A DNA stretch of 23,253 bases from Octopus sinensis (GCF_006345805.1 NW_021836741.1:1-23253); one strand, 5' to 3'; counted from the stretch's first letter, positions 9,038-20,062 are shown. A program made the numbers and translations. Notes: generated by a model not told the origin, from the letters alone.

Positions 9038-9744
9038 ATATATATATATATAACATATATATACACATATATACATATATATATATTACATATATATAGG
9101 AGTAGTAAGTTTTTTTTTAGAAATTTCACAACCAGTGGCCTAGCATGTATAAAAAGTCAATAGACAATATATCTCAATATAAAATAGTGTACATTTAAAC
9201 ACAAGAGAAATTGCCTGTTAAAGACAGCATCTCTTGTGTTTAAAGTGTGTGTGTGTATATATATATATATATAAAATTTTGAGGAATGACCACTAAAGTG
9301 AACATCCTCTATGCTAAACATAGACGTCAAATCGCCATAACCACGAATAATGTGTTCTCAAGAAAAATCTCACCAAAAAACAAAATGTAAAAATCAACAA
9401 GACAAATGAAAATATACGAAATAAAAAAACGATTACCTATGTACCATTGGTTTCAGTTGTTAATATTTACGTATATGAACACGTGAATATCTGCAAGATC
9501 ATCAGCATAGTTTGTCGTTTACAAAACATAATTTCCAGAATAGGATACAGAACGCTCAACCGAAATCGAGTATGTATAAAGTTCTACAAATTATATTGGG
9601 GTATATTTTTCAAATGCCTTCACTTTGGCGCGCTGAGATAGGAAATTTACTCTGCAATTAATCCTACACCTATAAGCAGAAGCCACGTTCTGTCATTGAG
9701 TTCTTGCAGAAAGACTGGTGCAAGGTTTTCTGTTTTATAGTGTA

Positions 9745-10027
9745 CTAGCAGTATCGCCCGGCGTTGCTCGGGTTTGTAAGGGAAATAACTATATAAGCAT
9801 TTTTAGAGAGTTATAGCCAATATATAGCGAAAAAATGCATTAAAATGGGAAAAAATGATGGTAAATTTTTTTTAAATCGTACACGCGCGCTAATACCCAG
9901 AAGGGCTCGATATGAATCACGACTATAAGATACCCGGTTTTGGTTAAACTGCACCGCAAAATGTGGGAGTAGCTAGGAATCTAAATCGTAGGAGACAGAC
10001 ACACAACTTCACTTTTATATATAAAGA
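9745..10027 (-). mobile_element. Non-autonomous Helitron (283 bp)
   Basis: Minus strand: host A, 5'-TC start (10027), 3' CTAG end (9748-9745), host T. GC-rich hairpin CCCG..CGGG (9757-9772) lies 8 nt from the terminal CTAG. No TSD. Confidence 0.8.
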
Positions 10028-10372
10028 TAAAATAAAGACAATACATGTGAGAGATATCATCTGTCTCAGGGATTTAGTCGATATGCTTCAATGCTACCGC
10101 CGACCATATCTACACGCGTATAAAAGTCCCACTGTTTTGAGGTGCGACTTATAAAACGGAGCAAAGCTAAAAGAATGAAAAGGAAAAACCTTTGTTGCAA
10201 TATTTATACACTAGAAAATACGACATATTAAATATTTACCTATTTCTTTAGTGATTTATTTGAAAAATGTTCTTATTTTTTCATATTTATACTTATATGA
10301 ATGTCTCGTTCTCTTGTCTGTACCTTATGGCTGGAAAAATAATGAATCCATATAGCAAGTCTTTATTTATAG

Positions 10373-10527
10373 ATGAACATTCCAGTACATCGCCATTATA
10401 ATTACCATCATCATCACTTTTATGATTATCTTAATTCGATGACATCACCATCACCGCTGGCATTATTGCCGTCACCCTTATCGTCATCGCTATCACCACC
10501 TTCGATACAATCCACAGCAACATCATT

Positions 10528-10558
<31 letters not shown>

Positions 10559-10975
10559 CCATCATCACCACCACCATCATCCCTATCACCACTATTACCA
10601 TCAGCATGACCACCATCTCCATCATTATCCCCATTGTCATCATCATCATCATCATCACCATCACCATTACAACTACCATTGTCACTATAGCTACTAGCAT
10701 TTCCTTCAACATTATTGAAATTATCATAAATATATCAATGGTAATTCCTGTCAACTATAGCAGACGCGTTAGCATACGCTCTGCCTTCACACAGCACAAC
10801 ATCGGACCACCCACGCAAGCATCAGCCAAGCCACCGTTGCCTCAACAACATTGCCATCATCACTATCACCAATACGAGTGTACTACGACCACACTATTCT
10901 AGTAACAACTACCAACACCACCACTACTACATCAACAACACCATATTAACTTCACCACTTTAACATTCACCATTA
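10373..10975. repeat. Low-complexity (CAT/CAC/CAA)n trinucleotide region
   Basis: Read directly; source of the poly-S/M/I/H ORFs. Confidence 0.85.
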
Positions 10976-11180
10976 CCACATTTCAACGATGAGTTCTCTA
11001 AGTACGGAATTGCAGGTAAATCTGCCTTGAATACAAACGGAATCTGTGGACAATGTAGCATCTGACATAAAAACGGAATCGGTGGACAATGTGAAGTCTC
11101 ATCGGTGAAGAAAGAGAGGGGATAACAAGCAACAATAATTATTATTACTAAACAATTACGACACACCATTAACACAACTA

Positions 11181-11595
11181 CCTATTTCTTTATTGCCCAC
11201 AAGGCGCTAAACACAGAGAAGACAAACAAGGACAGACAGACGGATTAAGTCGAATACATAATCCCAGTGCGTAACTGGTACTTAATTTATCGGCCCGAAA
11301 GGGTGAAAGGCAAAGTCGACCTCGACGAAATTTGAACTCAGAACGTAACGGCAGACGAAATACATATTTCTTTATTACACACAAGGGGCTAAACATAGAA
11401 GGGACAAACAAGGACAGACATAGGTATTAAGTCGATTATATCAACCCCAGTGCGTAACTGGTACCTAATTTATCGACCCCGAAAGGATGAAAGGCAAAGT
11501 CAACCTCGGCGGAATTTGAACTCAGAACGTAACGACAGACGAAATACCGCTAAGCATTTCACCCGGCGTGCTAACGTGTCTGCCAGCTCGCCGCC
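11181..11595 (-). mobile_element. SINE family B, head plus duplicated body, with TSD
   Basis: Two bodies joined at GAAATACATATTTC (11357-11370). Flanking direct repeats CCATTAA(C/T)ACAACTACC at 11166-11182 and 11594-11610. Confidence 0.9.
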
Positions 11596-11610
11596 ATTAA
11601 TACAACTACC

Positions 11611-11795
11611 ATCCACCACAGTGCTCACCTCCATGAGCCAGCAAAGAAGTTAGCCTTCGATATGGTGGTTGCTTACCTCTGAGACAGACCCTGACCAAAG
11701 GCATATTATCTCTACTGGACCGCACAGGTGGAAGTCGTAGGGCGCCAGGACCAGACTGTACAGTAGACCAGTCCAGTTTGCCGTTTGTCTGATAT
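11611..11795 (-). pseudogene. Mariner transposase C-terminal remnant
   Basis: KLDW.. / YSLVLAPYDFHLCGPV corresponds to the mariner motif YSPDLAPSDFHLFGPL. Confidence 0.8.
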
Positions 11796-12009
11796 GTATT
11801 CTTTTGTTATTTTATTTGTTTCAGTCATTTGACTGTGGCCATGCTGGAGCACCGCCTTTAGTCAAGCAAATGGCCCCCAGGACTTATTCTTTGCAAGCCT
11901 AGTACTTATTTTATCGGTCTCTCTTACCGAACCGCCTAAGTTACGGGGACGTAAGCACACCAGCATCGGTTTGTCAAGCGATGTTGGGGGACAAACACAG
12001 ACACCAAAA

Positions 12010-12116
12010 ATATACATACTATATATATAATATATTATATATATATATAATATATATATATCTATATATATATATATAGATTATATATATATATATATAT
12101 AGATATATATAACTAC

Positions 12117-12185
<69 letters not shown>

Positions 12186-12250
12186 GATGTATATAGTATA
12201 TATATACATATATATATATATATATCTATATATACATAATATATATCTAT
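12010..12250. repeat. Long imperfect (TA)n
   Basis: Read directly; continues at 12625-12775 beyond the MITE. Confidence 0.95.
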
Positions 12251-12283
12251 AATAGATTAGCTCGTATATGCGTGGGTATATAT

Positions 12284-12624
12284 TTGTAAAAAATGAAGTT
12301 TGAAAATGCCGCTATATTAGACAAATTTTAATTTTAACATGTTTCGGTTCTTGAAATAACGAACTTATCAAAAAATTTTTTTTATATATAATAAAGAGAG
12401 TCCATGCTATATGTTTAAAGAGTATGATGTAATAGTTTATAATTGTGACATACATTCAATAGAGTCAAATATAAAAAATTCATGTTCTTGAAAAGGCGAG
12501 GAGTTCATTATAGATTTTACCTTGTGTTCCATGGGAGCAAACAGTAATGATTTTCGGTCGGCGTCTGCTGGCATAATTAAAATTTGTCTAATATAGCGGC
12601 ATTTTCAAACTTCATTTTTTACAA
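12284..12624. mobile_element. MITE, 341 bp, with perfect 50-bp terminal inverted repeats
   Basis: TTGTAAAAAATGAAGTTTGAAAATGCCGCTATATTAGACAAATTTTAATT (12284-12333) is the exact reverse complement of 12575-12624. It sits in TA repeats. Confidence 0.85.
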
Positions 12625-12736
12625 TATATATATATATATTATATATATATATATTATATATATATACATACATACAATATATATATATTATAATATATAG
12701 TATATATATATATATATTATATATATATATAGATAT

Positions 12737-12774
<38 letters not shown>

Positions 12775-12944
12775 CACGACGGGCTTCTTTCATTTTCCGT
12801 CTACAAATCCACTCACAAGGCTTTGGTCGGCTCGATGCTATAGTAGAAGACACTTACCCAAAGTGTCACGCAGTGGGACTGCTGAACCCGGAACCATGTG
12901 GTTGGGAAGCAAGCTACTTACCACACAGCCACTCCTGCGCCTGT

Positions 12945-13571
12945 ATAGTAAAACATTGTCATGATGTTGATGTCTTTCAGTTTCTTGTTCAATCTTTTCC
13001 TTCTTAATGGTTTTTGTTAAGCCTTTTTAAGTGACTCAGTTTACTGATTGCTGTCCACAGCCATGTTCTACAAAATTAAAGAGATTGACACTCTTATCAT
13101 CCCCAAATACAGTCACTATGATTTTCTGTGTCTATCGCTGGCTCTTGCACTTCCTTGGGGAAAAAGTGTGACGCCGTTCCATGCTTTGAGCCTTCGTTTC
13201 TGGATCATTAAAGATACGTTCATATTTCATCCCCTATCGCCAGATTGGAAAACAAAATGTGTCTTCTATAGTTTCAACCGCTTCAAACAGAGTTCCCTCT
13301 TTCTCTCTTCCTAATCGGGTATCCACTGCCGAGGTAGGCCACTTTGCACACACCTTCCGATACCCAAAATATTCCATAATTTTTTTTGCAATGTTTGGCC
13401 AGAGTCCAGTTGAACAGTATGCTCACAGATTGTGACTTGTCTGTCCACCAGAATGCATTCTCTCGCTGATAATTCATCCAATGGTCGTAGTTGATGGTCT
13501 CCCACTGAGTGGTTTATACTGGTTCCCCTTCTTTAAAATCCATTCATCTGTGTACATTGTTTTTGTCAATG
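12945..13571 (-). pseudogene. Mariner transposase central remnant (HTH to catalytic domain), many frameshifts and stops
   Basis: SGRPSTT / RECILVDRQVTICE / FGYRKVCAKW-PR / NLAIGDEI*TYLNDPETKAQSMERRH..SPRK / KIIVTVFGD / HHDN. These correspond to the mariner GRP, WVP(R), GDETW and HDNA motifs. Confidence 0.9.
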
Positions 13572-13574
13572 TTA

Positions 13575-13805
13575 CCTATTTCTTTATTACCCACAAGGGG
13601 CTAAACACAGAGGGGACAAACAAGGACAGACATAGGTATTAAGTCGATTACATCGACCCCAGTGCGTAAACTGGTGCTTAATTTATCGCCCGAAAGGATG
13701 AAAGCAAAGTCGACCTCGGCGGAATTTGAACTCACAACGTAACGGCAGCCGAAATACCGCGAGGCATTTCGCCTGACGTGCTAACGATTCTGCCAGCTCG
13801 CCGCC
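13575..13805 (-). mobile_element. SINE family B full-length monomer inserted in the mariner transposase
   Basis: Complete head to tail. Short direct repeat TTAC(CT) on both sides. The mariner reading frame resumes across it. Confidence 0.9.
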
Positions 13806-13811
13806 TTACCT

Positions 13812-13900
13812 CCGTAAACAACTTTTAGTCTACTGTAGATACCGACCAGCTTGCACCAGTCTTTCTGCAAGAACTCAATGACATCACGTGGCTTCTGTTT
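13812..13900 (-). pseudogene. Mariner transposase N-terminal remnant
   Basis: KQKPRDVIEFLQKDWCKLVGIYSRLKVVYG, continuing past the SINE as GNIDKNNVHR*MDFKEG. Confidence 0.75.
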
Positions 13901-14244
13901 GATACTTTATTCATCAATAATGAAATTATTATCGAAATGTCAAAGGAATCCTCTTTTTATTTTCTGTCATAGCGGAACTTAAGAGAGAAAAGGCATTGTG
14001 TGTATAGCAATAGAAAATTTGGGGAAAAACAAAGTGGTAGCTGTGTAGGCCTTTTCATTATGTCTGTACACTACCCCTTCAATTGTCAAATTTTCCTATG
14101 GCCCCACTGAATATTCCTAAATCCCTAGGCAGGGAGACTCCGCTCTAGACATTCGTTTATTGTGTACTCTCATAGACTCACACATCGGAATGCGGATCTT
14201 TTGTTAGTTTTTTTTGTTTGTTTTTTTACATATGTTTTTACATA

Positions 14245-14660
14245 GGCGCAGGAGTGGCTGTGTGGTAAGTAGCTTGCTTACCAACCACATGGTTCTGGGT
14301 TCAGTCCCACTGCGTGGCATCTTAGGCAAGTGTCTTCTGCTATAGCCCCGGGCCGACCAATGCCTTGTGAGTGGATTTGGTAGACGGAAACTGAAAGAAG
14401 CCTGTCGTATATATGTATATATATATGTATTTGTGTGTATGTTTGTGTGTCTGTGTTTGTCCCCCCTAGCATTGCTTGACAACCGATGCTGGTGTGTTTA
14501 CGTCCCCGTCACTTAGCGGTTTGGAAAAGAGACGATAGAAATAAGTACTGGGCTTACAAAAATAAGTCCCGGGGTCGAATTTGCTCGACTAAAGGCGGTG
14601 CTCCAGCATGGCCGCAGTAAAATGACTGAAAACAAGTAAAAGAGTAAAGAGTAAAAGAGT
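14245..14660 (+). mobile_element. SINE family A, full length
   Basis: A/B boxes, core, internal TA/TG microsatellite, 3' tail ending in (AAAGAGT)n repeats. Confidence 0.9.
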
Positions 14661-14832
14661 ATGTTGGAAATATACAAATAGGGATTCTAAAGGCTTTATT
14701 TACCCGCGTAAGGGGAAAAGAAGCTGGAGTCTGAAATGTAGAGTAAAGTCATGAGATCCGAACTGCTGTCCAGAAGAAATTCTTGCTGTAAAGAAAAGAG
14801 GAGGAAGACACCATCACAACATATATCCAATA

Positions 14833-15026
14833 CCTATTTCTTTATTACCCACAAGGGGCTAAACATAGAGGGGACAAACAAGGACAGACAAACGGATTAA
14901 GTCGCGACCCCGAAAGGATGAAAGGCAAAGTCGACCTCGGCGGAATTTGAACTCAGAACGCAACGGCAGACGTAATACCACAAAGCATTTCGCCCGGCGT
15001 GCTAACGATTCTGCCAGCTCGCCGCC
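14833..15026 (-). mobile_element. SINE family B with internal deletion and 17-bp TSD
   Basis: Direct repeat AACATATATCCAATACC at 14818-14834 and 15029-15045. The deletion lies between two CGACCCC repeats. Confidence 0.9.
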
Positions 15027-15054
15027 TTAACATATATCCAATACCGTCGTATTA

Positions 15055-15620
15055 ATCACCACCACAACCCGACCTGAACACTTTGGGAAAATCAGCACCA
15101 CATTAGCAGCTGCAACCGATATCTTCATTACCACACACCCACACTATCATTATCACACTTGTATTTTTACAGTCGCCATCCATGGGTCTGTGCAGACATG
15201 ACTAACAGCAACGACTCTGCAACTAACTCTACTACATCATCAGCAGCACCATCATCATCAACATCTCTTACTCCTCCACTGTTACCAACAACTCCCCTAA
15301 CACTAATACCATTGTTCTTTTCATTACTATGGCCACAACCATAGCACTAACTTATTACAGCTACCACCACCCACACCACCACCATCACAACCACTACCGT
15401 CACTACCGTGACCATCACCACCAGCAGCAGAACCACAAGCGGTACCCTCGGCAGTATTAGCAGCAACAGCACCAGTGTCCACCACCACCACCAGCAGCTT
15501 CACTATAATCTCTTCAGACACCACTACTAGCACCATTGCCCCTACTACTACCACTCCCACGCCCACCATTACCACCACCACCACCGTATCATTACTACCA
15601 CTACCGCCTCCATCGGCACT
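15055..15620. repeat. Low-complexity (CAC/CAA/CAG/TAC)n region
   Basis: Read directly; gives the V/G-rich and S/T/P-rich ORFs. Confidence 0.8.
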
Positions 15621-15724
15621 CTCCCAAACAATGATATCCCGTCGGCATTGAAGCCACAATATAATGTCCTGAAGCCTGAAAGTCATTTTCAGATGTTGTC
15701 ATGACATGTGAAGCGCAATGTCAC

Positions 15725-15975
15725 ATTGCAAGCATACGTGCACGCACACACACCACATACATGCATACATACACATACGCAAGCATACATACATACATAC
15801 CTTTTATACATATATACATACATACCACACATACGCAAGCATACATACATCATCCATACATACATACATACATACATACATACATACATACATACATAAA
15901 TATATATGCGAGTGTGTGTGTAATGTGTGTAATATGTAGTATGTATAAAGGTATGTATGTATGTATGTATGTTAG
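15725..15975. repeat. (CATA)n / (TATG)n tetranucleotide microsatellite
   Basis: Read directly. Confidence 0.9.
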
Positions 15976-16129
15976 TATGTATTTACTTCACTAGTTTCGG
16001 TCACAGGACATAAAGGAATACATTTCAAACAAAGCAGGTTTTGAAACTCTAGTTCACATAAAGGCAGATACGGATTCGAACACACACACACACACACAAT
16101 ACATGACTATAAGGCAAGACTAAGCGATG

Positions 16130-16291
<162 letters not shown>

Positions 16292-16587
16292 GGTTATGTG
16301 TGTACATAACGTAATGCCTGTGTATAATCCACCCCAGAAATTGTTTTTAATAATAAAAGAAAAACGTTTGCATATATAATGCGCAGGTTCGTTATGACTC
16401 TACAGCGTAAAGAACAATTACAATTTTTTTGCCGATTTATGATTTTCATTTTGATCAAGGTTTATCGCATTATATAAATATGTATATAATACGTATATAA
16501 TTGTGTAATTATACACACACATATATGTGTATGTGTGTGTGTGTGTCACATATATGTGTATGTGTGTGTGTATACATATGTGTGTGT

Positions 16588-16780
16588 CGGGTTCAGTCCC
16601 ACTGCGTGGCATCTTGGGCAAGTGTCTTCTACTATAGCCCCGGGCCGACCAATGCCTTGTGAGTGGATTTGGTAGACGGAAACTGAAAGAAGCCTGTCGT
16701 ATATGTGTATATATATATTTAAAAAAAATTTTTTTTTTAGTTTCAGCTCAGAGCTGCGGCCATGTTGATGCACCGCCGTT

Positions 16781-16835
<55 letters not shown>

Positions 16836-17000
16836 ATGTCTGTGTTTGTCCCCCTAGCATTGTCCCCTTAGTGGTTCGGCAAAAGAGACCGATAGAATAA
16901 GTACTGGGCATACAAAGAATAAGTCCCAGGGTCGATTTGCTCGACTGAAGGCGGTGTTGCACTATGGCCGCAGTCAAATGACTGAAACAAGTAAAAGAGA
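16588..17000 (+). mobile_element. 5'-truncated SINE family A copy
   Basis: Starts at CGGGTTCAGTCCC; tail at 16840-17000. A short inverted tail fragment lies at 16740-16777 inside the internal microsatellite. Confidence 0.8.
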
Positions 17001-17175
17001 GGTCAAATTTTAGCCATTCCTCTGCAGGCTGAAAAATTGATGAACAATCTTTATCGATTTTCGAACCATGTTGGGTTCTCATCAGAGGCGTCTACATCAT
17101 TCTGACAGTCTCTAGAGAAACAAGCAGTATATATATGAGTGCGTGGGCGTGTTTGTATCTGTGGGGATATATATA

Positions 17176-17594
17176 CTCTTTACTCTTTTACTCTTTTACT
17201 TGTTTCAGTCATTTGACTGCGGCCATGCTGGATCATCGCCTTTAGTCGAGCAACTCAACCCCGGGACTTATTCTTTTTGTAAGCCCAGTACTTATTCTAT
17301 CGGTCTCTTTTGCCGACCCCTAAGTTACGGGGACATAAGTACAAACACAGTATCGGTTGTCAATGCAATGCTAGGGGGACAAACACAGACACACAACACA
17401 CACACACACACATATATATACATACATATATACGACGGGCTTCTTTCAGTTTCCGTTTACCAAATCCACTCGCAAGGCTTTGGTCGCCCGAGGCTATCAT
17501 AGAAGACACTTGCCCAAGGTGCCACGCAGTGGAACTGAATCTGGAACCATGTGGTTGGTAAGCAAGCTACTTACCACTCAGCCACTCCTGCGCC
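17176..17594 (-). mobile_element. SINE family A, full length
   Basis: Reverse complement is colinear with 14245-14660. Confidence 0.9.
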
Positions 17595-17909
17595 TATATA
17601 TACATATAATTAATATAGATATGGGAGTTTATGAGAATGCTCAATATACTAATGCCCAGAGTAGTGTTTCCCGCCTAGAACCACAGAGCAATTTGTTAAT
17701 AGGGTAGAGAGGCCACAGGCTCAGTGAAGTGTCTCACATAACTGCCACTCACTTTCTCACACAAATTTTCTATTACTGTCCGTAACCATTGAAAATTTAC
17801 ACACGAAAACATACACAGACACACATATACAGAGAATTCTCTTCTATATCTATTCCTGTCATAACAGAAAAAAGAAATAATAGACTCCTTTGACACTAAG
17901 GTAATGATT

Positions 17910-18750
17910 TATCATTAATAAACATAGTATCAAATTGGCATTGGAAAGTCTCGTATGAATTAATTATTATGATGATGCTTTGAAGTGCATGCAACTGGTA
18001 AAAATACCTAAGGGTTATTCCCTGGGTCGCTTCGTTGAACTTTGAGTCAGTGATACAACGTTTCTAAATGATTTATTTCTTCTTAGAGAAGAAATACATC
18101 GTAGCAAGCTAATGTAACATATTCTATCTTTTAAATATATTTGTAAAGTTAGATATGCTGAACAAACGGCTTCGAGGTTAAAATACAAATATTTTAATTG
18201 GCAAAAATAATAATAGTGCTTCCGAGGAAAAATTTATCTATTCATATTAATTATTTATTCAGATTGATACAAAGCGTAAGGAGTTGATGCATTTTCTAGC
18301 CCTTTTGTTCAGTTCGAGCATTTAAAGAAATTCCTCAATCTTATGGTAATTAGATTCAAAGACTTCCTGGAAATGAATATTCCAAGTTGGGTCAGAGATG
18401 TATCTGAGGCAAATACAGATGCTGTTAATATCACACTACAATAAAACCGTACTGAGATGCAGAGTGATCAAACTGCTCGAGATAAATTCAATCGCAGGCT
18501 CAGTAACTAGTAGACGAGTTGTGAAATTGCTGTGAAATTCCTATTACTTTGGCAGCAAATAAATTTACCTGTCATTGTCTTTCCTACTCTTTATCTAGTT
18601 GAGTCAGGATTTAGCTGAGTGCCTGTCCTACGACCAAAAGCTCGCAATCACTTAGAATTCCAAGTAGAGGTGATCTTTTTGGTTCTAATAACCATGAGTC
18701 CAGATTTTCGAAAACTTGCAAAACTGCTTCAGCTTCAAACGTCTTACAGA
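17910..18750 (+). pseudogene. hAT transposase C-terminal remnant (Charlie/Buster, SCAND3/ZBED-like)
   Basis: KGYSLGRFVEL / RFKDFLEMNIPSWV / EMQSD / LWQQINLPVIVFPTLYLVESGFS*V..RPKARNHLE / SRGDL / MSPDFRKLA, with stops and frameshifts. FPT-YL-E-GFS is the hAT dimerisation motif. Confidence 0.85.
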
Positions 18751-18774
18751 ATAAATACAATTAAGAGATGTTAT

Positions 18775-19050
18775 ATATATATATGGTGGTTGGTGGTTGT
18801 GTACTCCTTATGCAGAGTTTGACCCCCTCCTGTACCTACACCTTAGAACCATCATGGTATTTGATGTGGCTTTTTAAACCAGGCAATGTTCTGAAAAGAC
18901 AACCCACAAAGATTGCACATCCGATTTGGACCACCAAGAGCTGCAGATAAGTTCTGGTCTTTGTGGATCTTAAAATGTCTTTTAAGGCCTCCGTTAGATT
19001 TGCAAACCTTCTGGCATACACTGCATTCAAAGGTGTGCACAGACATATAG
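18775..19050 (-). mobile_element. 3' end of a 5'-truncated LINE (RTE-like) with two C2H2 fingers
   Basis: FECSVCQKVCKSNGGLKRHFKIH ... CNLCG/CLFRTLPGLKSHIKYH, then a stop, a UTR of about 40 nt and an ACCA-repeat tail. No TGEKP linker; one frameshift. Confidence 0.6.
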
Positions 19051-19064
19051 ACAGAATAGTTGAT

Positions 19065-19400
19065 CAAATTCTGCTGAAGTCGACTTTTGCCTTTCATCCT
19101 TTTGGAGCTCGATAAAGTAAGTACCAGCTGTGTACTGGGGTCGATGAAATCGACTTAACCCTTCTTCCGAACCTGCTGGCCTTGTGCCAAAATTTGAAAC
19201 CCATATTTTTTCATTATAATGGGACGAGATCGTAGAATCGTTAGTTAGTACGTCGGACAAATTCCACCGAGGTTATTTTTCTTTTGATTCTTTCAGGGTC
19301 GATAAGATAAACACCAGTTAAACACTGGGGGGAGGATCACTATAATTGATTCACCCCACCCCTCGTTATTGCTGGCCTTGTGCCAAAATTTGAAACCAGT
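19065..19400 (+). mobile_element. Two adjacent SINE family B-variant fragments
   Basis: 19065-19205 and 19231-19400 both carry the B body and end in GCTGGCCTTGTGCCAAAATTTGAAACC. Confidence 0.7.
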
Positions 19401-19967
19401 ATTTATTTCTATATATGTTTTTCTTAACTTGTTTTCGTTACAAATTATTACTTTTTAAATAATCATAGAAATAAATATTTTGATAATAAAACCCATTTAA
19501 ACAATAAAACCCATTTAAACAATATTTAAAATATTATTTGATAAATTTTAGAAATCTTATTTTTATTGAAAATTGACCTGTTTCCACTATTAACCCTTTA
19601 TTATGAAACTTAGGTACTCTTTTCACTAATAATAATGTCTAGCGTCCAAAGAAAAATTTTAAATTCCAAAGACGGAGAGTATCAACTAAAATAGTTTATA
19701 AACTCAGTTTTATGCTGTACAGACAAGCTGGATCAAAACAAAATTTCGAGGTACAAATATTTTAAAACAATATACGTATTGGAAGCTCGTCGCATGGTCC
19801 GTATTAGGAATTCAGAGGAGCGGCTGATTCCCCCTAAAAATTACGTTAAGTGTGCACATGTCCTTGGAATACTTTGTCATTTAGTTCAATGAGTAAGCCA
19901 TTCCGTAGATGGAACTATTGGAACTTTCGCCGTCAAAACTGAGAGTGTAGCATATGAATGCATGAAG

Positions 19968-20062
19968 TTATGTATGTATGTATGTATGTATGTATGTATG
20001 TATGTATGTATGTATGTATATATGTATGTATGTACGTGGATGGATGGATGGATGGATGGATA
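19968..20062. repeat. (ATGT)n-(GGAT)n tetranucleotide array
   Basis: Read directly. Confidence 0.95.

Larger units (their letters stand above)
11803..12941 (-). mobile_element. SINE family A copy split by an expanded internal (TA)n and a MITE
   Basis: Tail at 11803-12003 and head at 12776-12941 are both on the minus strand and colinear with the intact copy 17176-17594. Confidence 0.8.
10985..14174 (-). mobile_element. Decayed mariner (Tc1/mariner) element interrupted by three SINE insertions and a MITE
   Basis: Transposase pieces are colinear on the minus strand. Removing the insertions (about 1.8 kb) leaves about 1.4 kb. Weak TIR-like ends at 10985-11010 and 14150-14174 are tentative. Confidence 0.7.

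Noticed and set aside
10104-10159. Tiny imperfect inverted repeat resembling pogo/Tigger-type MITE ends
   Set aside because: Too short and degenerate to call.
10373-10902. Poly-Ser, poly-Met and poly-Ile ORFs (and the similar 15159-15686 ORFs)
   Set aside because: Trinucleotide low-complexity DNA open in several frames on both strands.
11035-11092. 22-bp direct repeat with 36-bp period (CRISPR-like spacing)
   Set aside because: Only two copies, in eukaryotic context near the mariner end; a simple local duplication.
18852-19097. Host C2H2 zinc-finger gene
   Set aside because: Frameshifted, no canonical linkers, LINE-like tail, and its ATG comes from an adjacent SINE.
19485-19524. 18-bp tandem duplication AATAAAACCCATTTAAAC
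   Set aside because: Ordinary slippage duplication.
19634-19965. Frame of about 110 codons with two stops after a TTAACCC (piggyBac-like) motif
   Set aside because: No recognisable transposase motif and no matching right end.
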